Part shown: positions 25,922 through 27,159 of the stretch, in pieces
Position numbering within the stretch: the first letter of the stretch is position 1
How the letters are laid out: the number at the start of each line of letters is the position of its first letter
Source of the DNA: a virus
Taxonomy: Duplodnaviria > Caudoviricetes
Reading direction: 5' to 3' (one strand)
Virus record (IMG/VR): IMGVR_UViG_3300030332_001107
Location: 1 to 27,159 of that record
DNA: 27,159 nt
Notes under the pieces: model-generated
What the model was told of the DNA's origin: nothing
What the model saw: only the letters and a program-made list of their open reading frames with translations
Databases searched by the model: none
Program-made: the position numbers and the translations under genes

Positions 25922-27014
25922 TTATTTTTGTAGCTTTTTTACCAGTAAATTTTTCCCACCTTTCAAGAATCAAATTGCAAAAATCTTCAGAAAGTTCCAT
26001 TCCAAAGCAGATTCTATTTGTCTTTTCACAAGCAATCAAAGTAGAGCCAGAGCCAAGAAATAAATCTTGAACAATAAAATTCTCATTTGAGTAATGTAAT
26101 AAAAATTTTATAATAGTATTAACTGGCTTCTGATGTTTATGAATAACATCTTCTTTCTTTTTTAAGTTCCCTCTGTAATCAAATTTCAAAATACTTTGGA
26201 ATCCATCATTTAAATTCTTGAAAGAAATTGTTTTTCCTTTTTTAAATCGCATCAAAAGTATATGTCTTACATAGACATCATTTCCTTTTGGACTTGAGAA
26301 TGTATGGTCAAGAATAAAAAATCTTTGTAATTTCATCTTTGTCTTTTGTAAAATGCTCTGAATTTGCTGGTCATCTGCCCAAATAAAAATGAATCCATTC
26401 TCAATACTATCTTCAAAATTCTGGAGAAAAGAAAAGTCAGTCAAATCATAAGGAATATCTGAGAAAATTAAATCTGCATTCTTATCTCTCATGAGTTTTT
26501 TTACATCATCTTCTTTAAATGAATCTCCACAAAGCAGTCTATGATTTCCAAGTTTCCAAATGTCTCCCAGTTTTACTCTTTTCTTTTGTGCTTCTGGAAT
26601 TGCATCATCATCAATAAGTCCATCTTCTAAATCATCTGCTTCAAAGAATAAGTCTTTCTCTTGAAAACCCCACTCTTTCAGTTCATCTAAATCAAAATTA
26701 TTTGCTAGTTCATCAAAGTCCCAGCTTCCAGTATTCTTGTTTAGTCTTACATTTAATTCTCTTTCTTTGTCATAAGTCAAGTTCCATTCTACAACTTCAA
26801 TCTTTTTATTTCCCAGCTCTTTCCAAATTCTAGCTCTTTGATGTCCACCAATTATAATATCTTTTCTTTCTGGATTACTATTTATAATGACTGGCTCAAC
26901 TAAGCCAAATCTTATTAGAGAATCCTTTAATTCTTTATGCTCATTCTTTGTCAATTTTCTTGGATTGTACTCTGCAAAGATTAAGCTACTTATATTTCTT
27001 TTAGTTATCTTCAT
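25914..27014 (-). CDS. ParB-like N-terminal domain fused to an amino-(N6-A/N4-C) DNA methyltransferase
   Basis: YNPRK…FG.VEP…IIGGHQR; GDIWKLGNHRLLCGDS, SDIPY (DPPY variant), H.HQKP, DLFLGSGSTL. Confidence 0.9.
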   Translation of the reverse strand: MKITKRNISSLIFAEYNPRKLTKNEHKELKDSLIRFGLVEPVIINSNPERKDIIIGGHQRARIWKELGNKKIEVVEWNLTYDKERELNVRLNKNTGSWDFDELANNFDLDELKEWGFQEKDLFFEADDLEDGLIDDDAIPEAQKKRVKLGDIWKLGNHRLLCGDSFKEDDVKKLMRDKNADLIFSDIPYDLTDFSFLQNFEDSIENGFIFIWADDQQIQSILQKTKMKLQRFFILDHTFSSPKGNDVYVRHILLMRFKKGKTISFKNLNDGFQSILKFDYRGNLKKKEDVIHKHQKPVNTIIKFLLHYSNENFIVQDLFLGSGSTLIACEKTNRICFGMELSEDFCNLILERWEKFTGKKATKIND

Positions 27015-27159
27015 AATCTAGAGCTGCTTTAAAGTCTCTCTTTTTTATATATGTCCCCCAATTGAATGAGTCCCAAAAGAGCTTCCCTTTTAGCTGGATT
27101 TTTAATTTATTATTTTCTTCCTTTCTCCTTTTTTTAAAGTCATCAAAGACTTCATTTTT
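27001..27159 (-). CDS. 3' part of a hypothetical ORF entering from the right end
   Basis: Open frame KNEVFDDFKKRRKEENNKLKIQLKGKLFWDSFNWGTYIKKRDFKAALDYEDN*, overlapping the methyltransferase ATG by 14 nt. Confidence 0.7.
   Translation of the reverse strand, partial: KNEVFDDFKKRRKEENNKLKIQLKGKLFWDSFNWGTYIKKRDFKAALDYEDN

Noticed and set aside
3298-26063. All plus-strand ORFs in the track (e.g. 14188-14520, 14201-14599, 17579-17887, 21705-22034, 22031-22552, 25740-26063)
   Set aside because: They lie antisense to well-supported minus-strand genes and have Ser/Phe/Leu-rich shadow composition with no motifs.
1-27159. Stop-codon reassignment (alternative genetic code)
   Set aside because: Long genes are intact under the standard code, and TAA, TGA and TAG all end genes (e.g. 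TAG for the capsid).

Overview
An AT-rich HK97-type siphovirus whose host is most likely Bacteroidota (Flavobacteriia-like). Host evidence: no Shine-Dalgarno sites but A-rich initiation regions, TTG-N18-TAnnTT(A/T)G-type promoters, a DUF5675 lysin and a BT4734/VirE_N domain. All credible genes are on the minus strand. In transcription order (right to left): ParB-like/DNA methyltransferase, TerS, TerL, portal, prohead protease, major capsid, head-tail proteins, tail tube, G/GT chaperones, tape measure, one large tail-tip protein with a C-terminal LamG domain, lysis cassette, metallophosphoesterase, a terminator/early-promoter control region, small early genes, replication module, C5 methyltransferase, VRR-NUC and two HNH nucleases. 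The two window ends join in frame into one ORF and restore the HNH-to-terminase order, so this is probably a complete circularised 27,159 bp genome. I recognised no integrase, repressor, polymerase, tRNA or CRISPR. The most unusual signals are: (1) a long G-U-rich hairpin between tail tube and chaperone whose loop pairs with the chaperone initiation region; (2) a 12-mer shared just downstream of the capsid and tail tube genes; (3) no GATC and strong CG depletion, with CG-containing islands; (4) repeated stop/initiation cassettes at early-gene boundaries. All counts and pairings were done by eye.
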